This document shows, piece after piece, positions 46,384-54,332 of a stretch of 64,000 nt of DNA. A program made the position numbers and the translations under genes. The stretch is from Candidatus Versatilivorator sp. (GTDB lineage Bacteria > Acidobacteriota > Terriglobia > Versatilivoradales > Versatilivoraceae): positions 3,680,001 to 3,744,000 of the forward strand of contig OZ242296.1 of NCBI GenBank assembly GCA_965207735.1, given 5' to 3'. Below the pieces are notes generated by a model. That model was not told the DNA's origin. It made no database searches and saw only the letters and a program-made list of their open reading frames with translations. Positions within the stretch are counted from its first letter, which is position 1. Every line of letters starts with the position of its first letter.

Positions 46384-47427
46384 ATGAGCCATGACGGCGA
46401 CAGAGGACGGAAGGGGTCGGCAGTGCTTCCCTTGAGACGCCGGGATTTTGTGAGCGACCAGGAGGTGAGATGGTGTCCGGGTTGCGGGGATTACTCCATT
46501 CTGGCCCAGACTCAGAAGATGCTTCCCGAGTTGAATATCCCCAGGGAAAACTTTGTCTTTGTTTCCGGCATCGGTTGCTCCAGCCGCTTTCCCTACTACG
46601 TGAATACCTATGGTTTTCATGGAATTCACGGCCGGGCTCCAACCCTGGCCACCGGCGTCAAGGCCTCCCGTCCCGAGCTGTCGGTCTGGGTGATTACCGG
46701 GGATGGCGATGCCTTGAGCATCGGGGGCAACCATTTCATGCATGCGGTTCGCAGAAACCTGGACATAAACATCATTCTCTTCAATAACCGGATCTATGGC
46801 TTGACCAAGGGCCAGTATTCTCCGACGTCCGAGTTCGGCAAGAAGACCAAGTCCACTCCGGCAGGGTCCATCGACTATCCGATCAACCCTTTGTGCATTG
46901 CGATCTCCAACGAGGCCACCTTCGTGGCCCGCTCCATCGACGTGGACGTGAAGCACCTCTCCTCGGTGCTTACCCAGGCAGCCCACCACAAGGGAGTTTC
47001 CTTCGTGGAAGTATTTCAGAATTGCAACATCTTCAACGACGGAGCCTTCAAGCACTTCTCTGAACGGGGGTATCGAGACGATCGCACCATCCGGCTGGAG
47101 GACGGGAAGCCGATGATATTCGGCAGGGACCGGGACAAGGGGATTCGGCTGAACGGCCTCCGACTGGAGGTGGTGGAGCTTGGACGGGGGACTTCCGAAG
47201 CAGATCTGCTCATCCACGATATCCATGACCCGGAGCCTCATCTGGCGAACCTGCTGGCCCGCATGGACTATCCCGACTTTCCCGTGCCCCTGGGTGTTTT
47301 CCGCTCCGTGGCCAAACCGACCTACGACGAGCTGATGGAAGCCCAGGTGCAGGACGCAATCAGCCGTTCGGGAGCCGGGGACCTGGAACGACTGCTCAAC
47401 AGCGGCGATGTCTGGGTCGTGAATTAG
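46384..47427 (+). CDS. korB: 2-oxoacid:ferredoxin oxidoreductase subunit beta
   Basis: WCPGCGD, SGIGCSSR, GDGD, NNRIYGLTKGQYSPT. Confidence 0.93.
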   Translation: MSHDGDRGRKGSAVLPLRRRDFVSDQEVRWCPGCGDYSILAQTQKMLPELNIPRENFVFVSGIGCSSRFPYYVNTYGFHGIHGRAPTLATGVKASRPELSVWVITGDGDALSIGGNHFMHAVRRNLDINIILFNNRIYGLTKGQYSPTSEFGKKTKSTPAGSIDYPINPLCIAISNEATFVARSIDVDVKHLSSVLTQAAHHKGVSFVEVFQNCNIFNDGAFKHFSERGYRDDRTIRLEDGKPMIFGRDRDKGIRLNGLRLEVVELGRGTSEADLLIHDIHDPEPHLANLLARMDYPDFPVPLGVFRSVAKPTYDELMEAQVQDAISRSGAGDLERLLNSGDVWVVN

Positions 47428-47451
47428 GATCCTTCTCTTGCGAGGCATTTC

Positions 47452-47985
47452 ATGATTTGTCCGGCTTGCGGCTCGGTCAATCTTCCCGGGGCGGACCGGT
47501 GTGAAGACTGCCTGCTGCCTTTCAGCAAGCTGGACATCCCCTTGGCCACCGAGGGGTTGCAGAAGCGGCTCATGGAGGATACGATCGCCGACCTGAAGCC
47601 CCAACCCGCGGTTACCGTTGCGCCCGAGGCTTCGGTTGAGGAGGCGGTCCAACTTCTGAAGGACAAGAGCGTGGGATGCATCCTGGTGGTGGAAGAGGAA
47701 ATCGTGGTCGGTATCTTTTCGGAACGGGACGTGCTCTACAAGCTGGGGGGCATGGAAGGTTCCGCCAGCTCGGTCAAGGTCTCCGAGGTCATGACCCCCC
47801 ATCCGGTGACCATGGAGGCGGAGGAGTCCATCCGCTTTGTCCTCCACCAGATGTCGGTGGAGGGATTTCGCCACATCCCCGTGGTCAGTTTCGACCACCC
47901 CCCCAGGATCGTTTCCGTCCGGGCCGTTCTCAACTACCTTCACCAGTCGATTGAGGATGCTTCTCCGGACCGGGCGTCCCGGTAG
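47452..47985 (+). CDS. Zinc-ribbon plus CBS-domain pair protein
   Basis: CPACG-x8-CEDC, GIFSERDV, MTPHP, GFRHIPVV. Confidence 0.9.
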   Translation: MICPACGSVNLPGADRCEDCLLPFSKLDIPLATEGLQKRLMEDTIADLKPQPAVTVAPEASVEEAVQLLKDKSVGCILVVEEEIVVGIFSERDVLYKLGGMEGSASSVKVSEVMTPHPVTMEAEESIRFVLHQMSVEGFRHIPVVSFDHPPRIVSVRAVLNYLHQSIEDASPDRASR

Positions 47986-48029
47986 AAGCCGACTCCGGCA
48001 TTCACCGCCCTGCCGATTCCAACCGCGTC

Positions 48030-48500
48030 CTATGGAGTGGCCAGAGCCTCGCGGTACTCGGTGGGGGCTCGGCAGCACATGCAGGGCCCGGGCGAATAGG
48101 TGGTGATGTTGCAAATCTCGCAGAAGTAGTGAAAATCGTATACTTTGGCGGCGCGGATCAGTTGGGTCTTGACGATTTGAAAAGTCTTGCCGCCATCCAG
48201 ACTTCTCAAGGTCAGCCGGAATCGTCGTGTTTTCAGTCGCTTTTCCTGGAGGAGGGTGCTGGCGGCGTCCCCGGCGGCCAGGATATGGAGTCGCCCGGCG
48301 TCCGATTTGAGGGCCAACCGGGTGGGGGGTTTTTCGCAGGAGTTTTCCTTCAGGTCCACCCCCAGACACACCAGGCGCCCGCTGACCACCAGGTTCTTGT
48401 CCTCCGAAGTCGCCGCCCCGGTATGAGCCAGCAGCGCTAAGGCTACAACGGCCGCACGGCCTGCCGCTGCCCCCCGATTCTTGCTGACCGCTCCGCTCAT
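48030..48500 (-). CDS. Hypothetical exported protein with a Cys-rich C-terminus
   Basis: Signal peptide; YFCEICNITTYSPGPCMCC. Confidence 0.7.
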   Translation of the reverse strand: MSGAVSKNRGAAAGRAAVVALALLAHTGAATSEDKNLVVSGRLVCLGVDLKENSCEKPPTRLALKSDAGRLHILAAGDAASTLLQEKRLKTRRFRLTLRSLDGGKTFQIVKTQLIRAAKVYDFHYFCEICNITTYSPGPCMCCRAPTEYREALATP

Positions 48501-48534
48501 GGCGCCGGATTATACCAATCCCTCGAGGTGAAAG

Positions 48535-48810
48535 GTGTCCGATCAACAGGAGAGAAACGAGGTTCCTCCCCATTCACAGACACTGGCTGTGGAGGTGGAG
48601 GGTTTTTCCTATCAGACCGTCAAGCAGCAGAACGGGCGGGCTTCGGTAATCCGGTTCGAGTTGAAGAACCCCGAGGTCACGCCGGGTGACGTGCTGGTGG
48701 TGTTGTCCGGAAGCGACATCCTGTTCCACGGACTCATCATGAGAATCGACCAGGGTTGGGCCACCAGCGGCGATCGCAACAGCCTGCTGCTGCCGGGTAC
48801 GGTCCACTGA
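48535..48810 (+). CDS. Hypothetical protein
   Basis: GAGGTG RBS upstream, host-like codon usage, no recognised motif. Confidence 0.6.
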   Translation: MSDQQERNEVPPHSQTLAVEVEGFSYQTVKQQNGRASVIRFELKNPEVTPGDVLVVLSGSDILFHGLIMRIDQGWATSGDRNSLLLPGTVH

Positions 48811-48815
48811 ATTTG

Positions 48816-48839
48816 AGCCCGCATTTCTCACCAGGTCGC
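48816..48839. mobile_element. IS/MITE-like terminal repeat
   Basis: AGCCCGCATTTCTCACCAGGTCGC is the exact reverse complement of 40681-40704. Confidence 0.7.
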
Positions 48840-49047
48840 TGCATATATTGTTGAAGTTCATATCCCTGGTTTCCAAAGGCGTCGGTTCGCCGTTGCGGAG
48901 GTCGCATGTCCTCGCTTTGCTCCCCTTTACAGCCCACGCGTTTTCCTTATAATAATCTGTTCGAGCGGACCCTTTGTTTCTCCTTGGTGCAGGTTTCAGT
49001 GGCCTCGCTCGGGATCGTCTTTTTGAATTCGGGAAGGGAGAGGTCTT

Positions 49048-49998
49048 GTGATTGAAGTCGATCGACTGACCAAGAGATATGGGAACCTCAAGGCTGTGGA
49101 TGAGGTTTCCTTTCAGGTGGAAAAGGGAGAGATTCTGGGGTTCCTGGGTCCCAACGGCGCCGGCAAGACCACGACCATGCGGATTCTGACCTGTTTCCTG
49201 CCGGCGACTGAAGGCACGGCTCGGGTGGCCGGGTATGACGTTTTCGAAGATGCCATGGAGGTGAAACGTCGTATCGGCTACCTGCCTGAACACCCTCCCC
49301 TCTACGACGAGATGACGGTGGATGGCTACCTTAAATTCGTAGCCAGGATCAAGGCGGTAGCTCCTGAAGACCGCAAGAGGCGCCTGCAGGAGGTCAAGGA
49401 GACGGTACGTATCGAGGGCTACGGGAGGAAGCTGATCAAGCACCTGTCCAAAGGCTTCAAGCAGCGGGTCGGCTTGGCCCAGGCATTGATCCACGACCCG
49501 GAGGTGCTGATCCTGGACGAACCCACGGTCGGGCTGGATCCCAATCAGATCAAGGAGGTGCGAGAGCTCATCAAGAGCCTCTCCGGTAACCACACCATTA
49601 TTCTTTCCACCCATATCCTGCCGGAGGTCAGCATGACCTGCCAGCGGGTGGTCATTATCTCCGACGGGAAGATCGTAGCCGTGGACACCCCCGAAAACCT
49701 GACCCGGCAGCAGCAGGGGGCCGCCCACATTTACATGGAAGCCAGGGGCTCGGATGTCGCGGTACAGCGGCATCTGCAGCAGATCGAGGGAGTTCTGAGC
49801 GTCGTATCCAGACCGCTGGGGGAAGGGGAAGTTTCCTCCTTCCGCATTGAAACGGAGCTGAAGCAGGATGTCAGAGGCCGGATAGCCCGGAGTGTTATCG
49901 AGGGAGGCTTTGAGCTACTGGAGTTTCGCTCGCTGCAGTTGAGCCTGGAGGAAGTCTTCACCCAACTCACCACCCAGGAGGAGGTGCGTAGTCAATGA
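49048..49998 (+). CDS. ABC transporter ATP-binding protein (GldA-like)
   Basis: GPNGAGKTT, LSKGFKQRVGLAQA, ILDEPT, LSTHIL. Confidence 0.93.
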   Translation: MIEVDRLTKRYGNLKAVDEVSFQVEKGEILGFLGPNGAGKTTTMRILTCFLPATEGTARVAGYDVFEDAMEVKRRIGYLPEHPPLYDEMTVDGYLKFVARIKAVAPEDRKRRLQEVKETVRIEGYGRKLIKHLSKGFKQRVGLAQALIHDPEVLILDEPTVGLDPNQIKEVRELIKSLSGNHTIILSTHILPEVSMTCQRVVIISDGKIVAVDTPENLTRQQQGAAHIYMEARGSDVAVQRHLQQIEGVLSVVSRPLGEGEVSSFRIETELKQDVRGRIARSVIEGGFELLEFRSLQLSLEEVFTQLTTQEEVRSQ

Positions 49999-50783
49999 GA
50001 AACCTGTTGGCTGTGATTGATAAGGAAATGAAGGTCTATTTCGCCTCCCCCGTCGCTTACGGTGTGCTGACGGTATTTCTGCTGGTGAGCGGGTACTTTT
50101 TCTACAACATCCTGACGGTTTTCATCCAGCGGTCCATGATGATGGCGGTCCAGGCCCAGCAGTTCGGCGGCGCCACCCCGGCCATGGATGTTCCCGCGCT
50201 GGTGGAAAGAAATTTCTTCGGCATCGTCAGCACCATCATCCTGTTCATGGTGCCCATGATCACCATGGCGACCTTTGCCGACGAAAAACGCCGAGCCACC
50301 ATCGAGCTTCTCCTGACCTCTCCCCTGACCCATGTCCAGCTCATCCTGGGAAAGTTCCTGGCAGCCATGGGTTTTTTTGCGGTCATGCTGTTGCCGACCC
50401 TGGTCTACCACGCCTTCCTCTATTTCTACAGTTCTCCCAAGATGGCTCTGGGACCGGTCCTTTCCGGGTATCTGGGACTGCTGTTGCTGGGCGCGGCCCT
50501 GATTTCGCTGGGCATCTTTATCTCTACGCTTACCGAGAGTCAGATGGTCGCCGCCAGCGTCACCTTTGGCGCTCTCCTGATCCTCTGGGTGATCGACCTC
50601 TCGGCCCAGGCTTCCGGACCCCTGATGCAGGAAATCCTCGGTTACATTTCCATTCTCAACCATTTCGACGACTTTTCAAAAGGAGTGATCGACAGTTCGA
50701 GCCTGATTGTTTACCTGAGTTTCGTCTTTCTGGGGCTCTTCCTGACCTATCGATCCATTGAATCCTGGCGGTGGAGGACATAA
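49995..50783 (+). CDS. ABC-2 permease (GldF-like)
   Basis: KEMKVYFASPVAY, PMITMATFADEKR..TIELLLTSP, HFDDFSKG. Confidence 0.9.
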   Translation: MRNLLAVIDKEMKVYFASPVAYGVLTVFLLVSGYFFYNILTVFIQRSMMMAVQAQQFGGATPAMDVPALVERNFFGIVSTIILFMVPMITMATFADEKRRATIELLLTSPLTHVQLILGKFLAAMGFFAVMLLPTLVYHAFLYFYSSPKMALGPVLSGYLGLLLLGAALISLGIFISTLTESQMVAASVTFGALLILWVIDLSAQASGPLMQEILGYISILNHFDDFSKGVIDSSSLIVYLSFVFLGLFLTYRSIESWRWRT

Positions 50784-50787
50784 CGGG

Positions 50788-52389
50788 ATGAACATTCTGA
50801 AAAACATCGCCTCCTTCGGTCCGGTACTGATCATTCTTGCCTACGTCTGGTATTCCATTCAGGGGGTCTGGGACTACCGGGTGCAGATTGCCCTTTACGG
50901 AGGCCTGGTTCTTACACTGGCCATGATTGCCTTGAACTTCGATCAGCTCAAGGCCGGATTCCGGCGGCGCTCCGCCCAGTACGGCGCCAACACGGCCTTG
51001 ATGGTGGTGATGGTGGTGGGCCTTCTGGGGATGATCAACTTTCTGGCCAAGAAATACCAGCAGCGTTGGGACCTCACCAGCAACCAGCAATACAGTCTCT
51101 CCGACCAGACGGAGAAACTGGTCAGGGGTTTGGAAACGGAGGTGGAAGTGATCCACTTCGACAAGAACCCCGATCCGGGTCTGGACGACCTGATGAAAGA
51201 GTATGTGGCGCTCAACCCCTCGGGCCTGAGCTACCGCAAGGTGGACCCCCAGGCCGAGCCGGGACTGGCCCGAAAGTACGAAGTGAACCGCTTTGGAGAA
51301 ATCGTGGTGATTTCGGGAGAGAAGCGGGAGAGCGTGGAGGCAGCCCGGGAAGAGGACATTACCAACACCATCCTGAAGGTTACGCGGGAGCAGGACAAGG
51401 TCATCTACTTCACCATGGGACACAACGAGGCCGACATCGAAAACAGCCGGGAAGAAGGGGGATACGCTGCCGCCAAGCAGGCCATCGAGAACCAGAACTA
51501 CCGTGTGCAAATCATCAATCTGGCCGAGGCGGGGAGCATCCCCGAGAACTGCTCCGCCCTGGTGATCGCCGGTCCGGCGGTGGCCTTGCTCCCCACCGAA
51601 ACGGCGCTCATCGATGGATATGTCGACGCGGGGGGAAAAGTTCTCCTGTTGCTGGACCCTGACCTCGACTCCGGCTTGAAGGAACTGCTGGAGAAGTGGA
51701 AGATTGGGGTGGAGGATGACATTGTGGTCGACTCCAGCGGGTTGGGGCAACTTTTCGGCATGGGCCCCGCGGCTCCTCTGGTGACCTCCTACGAGTCCCA
51801 CCCCATCACCGATGACCTCGACAATACCATGACCGTGTTCCCTGAAGCTCGCTCGCTGAAGACGGTCGACCACGAGGATTCTTCCTTCACCTCCAGGGCG
51901 CTGTTTCGTACCTCGGAGCGAAGCTGGGGAGAAAAGAACCTGGTGGACGGATCAGCGGAATTCAACCCGGCCGTGGATATCGAGGGGCCGGTGGTCCTTG
52001 GGGTGGTCAGCACCCTTTCAGTGAGTTCGGCGGCTGCCGATTCGAACGGAGCTCAAGACGAAAACGGGGGCGAAGATTCGGACAAGAAACAGTCGGAGAA
52101 AGATGGATCCTTCGGCAAGGAAGCCCGGGTGGTGGTAATCGGCGATTCCGACTTTGCCAACAACGCCTTTCTGCGGCTCCAGCGAAACGGGGACCTCTTT
52201 CTGAATGCGGTGAGCTGGCTGGCCGAGGACGAGGACCTGATTTCGGTTCGGCCCAAGGATTCGGAAAACCGCAGTGTCAACATGACCTCTGCCGACTCCA
52301 GGACGCTGTTCTGGGTGACCATGTTCCTGTTGCCGGGAGCGGCCATGGGCTTGGGTGTCCTGGTTTGGTCAAGGAGACGCAGGTCATGA
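50788..52389 (+). CDS. GldG-family ABC auxiliary component
   Basis: RWDLTSNQQYSLSDQT, IYFTMGHNE, IAGP, VIGDSDF, NGDLFLNAVSWL. Confidence 0.9.
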   Translation: MNILKNIASFGPVLIILAYVWYSIQGVWDYRVQIALYGGLVLTLAMIALNFDQLKAGFRRRSAQYGANTALMVVMVVGLLGMINFLAKKYQQRWDLTSNQQYSLSDQTEKLVRGLETEVEVIHFDKNPDPGLDDLMKEYVALNPSGLSYRKVDPQAEPGLARKYEVNRFGEIVVISGEKRESVEAAREEDITNTILKVTREQDKVIYFTMGHNEADIENSREEGGYAAAKQAIENQNYRVQIINLAEAGSIPENCSALVIAGPAVALLPTETALIDGYVDAGGKVLLLLDPDLDSGLKELLEKWKIGVEDDIVVDSSGLGQLFGMGPAAPLVTSYESHPITDDLDNTMTVFPEARSLKTVDHEDSSFTSRALFRTSERSWGEKNLVDGSAEFNPAVDIEGPVVLGVVSTLSVSSAAADSNGAQDENGGEDSDKKQSEKDGSFGKEARVVVIGDSDFANNAFLRLQRNGDLFLNAVSWLAEDEDLISVRPKDSENRSVNMTSADSRTLFWVTMFLLPGAAMGLGVLVWSRRRRS

Positions 52390-53729
52390 TCTGGAGAAAC
52401 CTGGGCATCGTGGCTGTTCTCTTCGTCGGCTTGGGAGCCTTCGTCTACTTCTATGAAATCGAGGGCGGGAAAAGACGCGAAGAGGCCACCGAAGAGGCCA
52501 AGAAGCTCTTCCGGTTCCAGAAGGAGGAGGTGAATTCCATCTCCCTGACCCGAAGCGACGGTTCCATCATCCTGAAACAGGAGAACGGTAGCTGGAAGTT
52601 GGTTGCTCCGATCGAAGCCAAGGCCGACGAGGCGGCGGTGGACGGGCTGGCTTCCGAGTTGAGTTCCACCCAGGTGGAGAGATCTCTGGAGTCAAGTCCG
52701 GTGGACTGGAAGGACTATGGCCTGGAAAATCCCAACCTGAAAATCACCGTGGGATTGGAGGATGGCCGCAGGCTGGATCTGGAGCTTGGAGACAAGGACT
52801 TCAACCAGGCCTCGGTTTTCGGCAGAATCCCACACTTGGCCAAGGTGCTGGTGTTGCCCACGTTGTTCTACACCGCTGTCGATAAGGAACTGTTCGATTT
52901 CAGGGACAAATCGGTGCTGGATTTTGACAGGGAACAGGTCCGGGAAGTCCGGATCCGGGCCCGGCGCAAGACCTACCGCTTGCAGAAGGAGGGGGAGGAT
53001 TGGTCTATCCGAGAGCCCATTCAAGCCAGGGCCGACCGCTCCGAGATACGATCCCTTCTCAGTGACATGGAGTTCGCCCGAGTGGAGGAATTCGTGGAAC
53101 CGGGAGCCGGAAAACTCAAGACCTACGGACTGAACGCGCCTTCCTCGCGGGTCGACCTCTTTCTGGGCGACAATCGGGCCAGGAAGACACTGCTGGTTGG
53201 AAAGCAAGTCGGCACTCAATTCTACGCCAAGGATGACTCGGGGGAGGATGTCTTCAAGATCAAGGAAGACCTGGTGGACAAGTTGGAACTGGACCTCTCC
53301 AAGCTCCGCGACCGGAAGATGGCCCGCTTTGAGCGGGATGAGGTGAAACGGGTCGAAGTCAAGCTGCCCGACCGAGAGTTCGAGTTCGCCAGGAACTCCG
53401 AAGACCAATGGCGGTTGCGGACTCCGGCCGGTCATGGGGAGAAATCGGTCCTGGAGTACAAGCTCTTCTGGCCATTGGAGGATCTGGAGGGGAAAGAGAT
53501 CGTCGACCGGGCCAATCTGGATGACCCCAAGTATGGCTTCAGTGAACCGTCGGCTGAGGTCAAGGTGGTGAAGCAGGACGATGAGGTCATCGAGGTGGTG
53601 TTGGGGAAGACGGAGGGTGAGGTCGTTTTCGGGAAAGCCGCTGCCGACCCTACCCTGTACAAGGTGGACAAGAAGGTTCTCGAGGATCTCAACTTCAAGG
53701 TCGAAGACATCCTGGAGAAGAACGAGTAG
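52386..53729 (+). CDS. DUF4340 domain protein
   Basis: N-terminal TM; repeated W.L..P...AD, YGL..P and RD(K/R) units; follows gldG. Confidence 0.85.
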   Translation: MIWRNLGIVAVLFVGLGAFVYFYEIEGGKRREEATEEAKKLFRFQKEEVNSISLTRSDGSIILKQENGSWKLVAPIEAKADEAAVDGLASELSSTQVERSLESSPVDWKDYGLENPNLKITVGLEDGRRLDLELGDKDFNQASVFGRIPHLAKVLVLPTLFYTAVDKELFDFRDKSVLDFDREQVREVRIRARRKTYRLQKEGEDWSIREPIQARADRSEIRSLLSDMEFARVEEFVEPGAGKLKTYGLNAPSSRVDLFLGDNRARKTLLVGKQVGTQFYAKDDSGEDVFKIKEDLVDKLELDLSKLRDRKMARFERDEVKRVEVKLPDREFEFARNSEDQWRLRTPAGHGEKSVLEYKLFWPLEDLEGKEIVDRANLDDPKYGFSEPSAEVKVVKQDDEVIEVVLGKTEGEVVFGKAAADPTLYKVDKKVLEDLNFKVEDILEKNE

Positions 53730-53847
53730 GAACCGCGCCGGCCTCGCCCCCCTTGCCGGCAAGCCAAATCGCCGATCCCGGTCGGGACGAGAGGAAGCTG
53801 CAAACTCTCGGGCCTGGCTGACCGGATGGCTGCAGGGAGTGCAACCG

Positions 53848-54018
53848 ATGCCTCTTAGTCCCGAGTTGCTGGAGATCCTGGTCTGTCCCCTCTGCAAGGA
53901 ATCGGTCAGCCCGACCCCAATGGGCGACGGGCTGAAGTGTCCTCAGTGCAAACGGGTCTACCCCGTGAGAGACGACATCCCGATCATGCTGGTCGATGAG
54001 GCCGAAATCGAGGAGTAA
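53848..54018 (+). CDS. Trm112-like (YcaR) protein
   Basis: LLEILVCPLCK...LKCPQCKRVYPVRDDIPIML.DEA. Confidence 0.9.
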   Translation: MPLSPELLEILVCPLCKESVSPTPMGDGLKCPQCKRVYPVRDDIPIMLVDEAEIEE

Positions 54019-54249
54019 GGAGCGAAATCCTTCCTGTTGTTTTCCGGTTGCCGCAGGTCTTTGCAACCGGTCCCTACCAAGAAGTTTCTGCCGAGCTTGG
54101 CGCTTGAGTCTCTGCGGCATCGCTTCCCGAAAGGAACACTTTCCTCCCTCCCTCGGTGAGAAAGGCAGGCGCGGGTCCGGTGAGCCCTGTTGACAAGCGC
54201 CTCCGGCGATCTTATTTATTCCCCGTACTGGAATTTACAAAGGGAAGAT

Positions 54250-54321
54250 GAGCCTTTTGCAAAATTCCGCCGATAGAGGGAGTAGGGAGTAGGGCTGCAC
54301 GACGAATTTTGCAAAAGGCTC
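54250..54321. mobile_element. 72-bp MITE inserted at the clpB RBS
   Basis: Perfect 18-bp TIR GAGCCTTTTGCAAAATTC / GAATTTTGCAAAAGGCTC; 7-bp direct repeat GGAAGAT at 54243-54249 and 54322-54328. Confidence 0.88.
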
Positions 54322-54332
54322 GGAAGATGCCA

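Noticed and set aside
46378-48573. 731-aa minus-strand ORF, and similar long antisense ORFs (29471-31063, 37422-38882, 18934-20307)
   Set aside because: Antisense shadows of well-supported genes, common in GC-rich DNA; no motifs
49048-53729. Gliding motility system
   Set aside because: GldAFG-like ABC plus DUF4340 clusters are widespread in non-gliding bacteria; no other gld/spr genes are present
54040-54240. CIRCE or CtsR operator upstream of clpB
   Set aside because: No TTAGCACTC-N9-GAGTGCTAA or GGTCAAA-type repeat found
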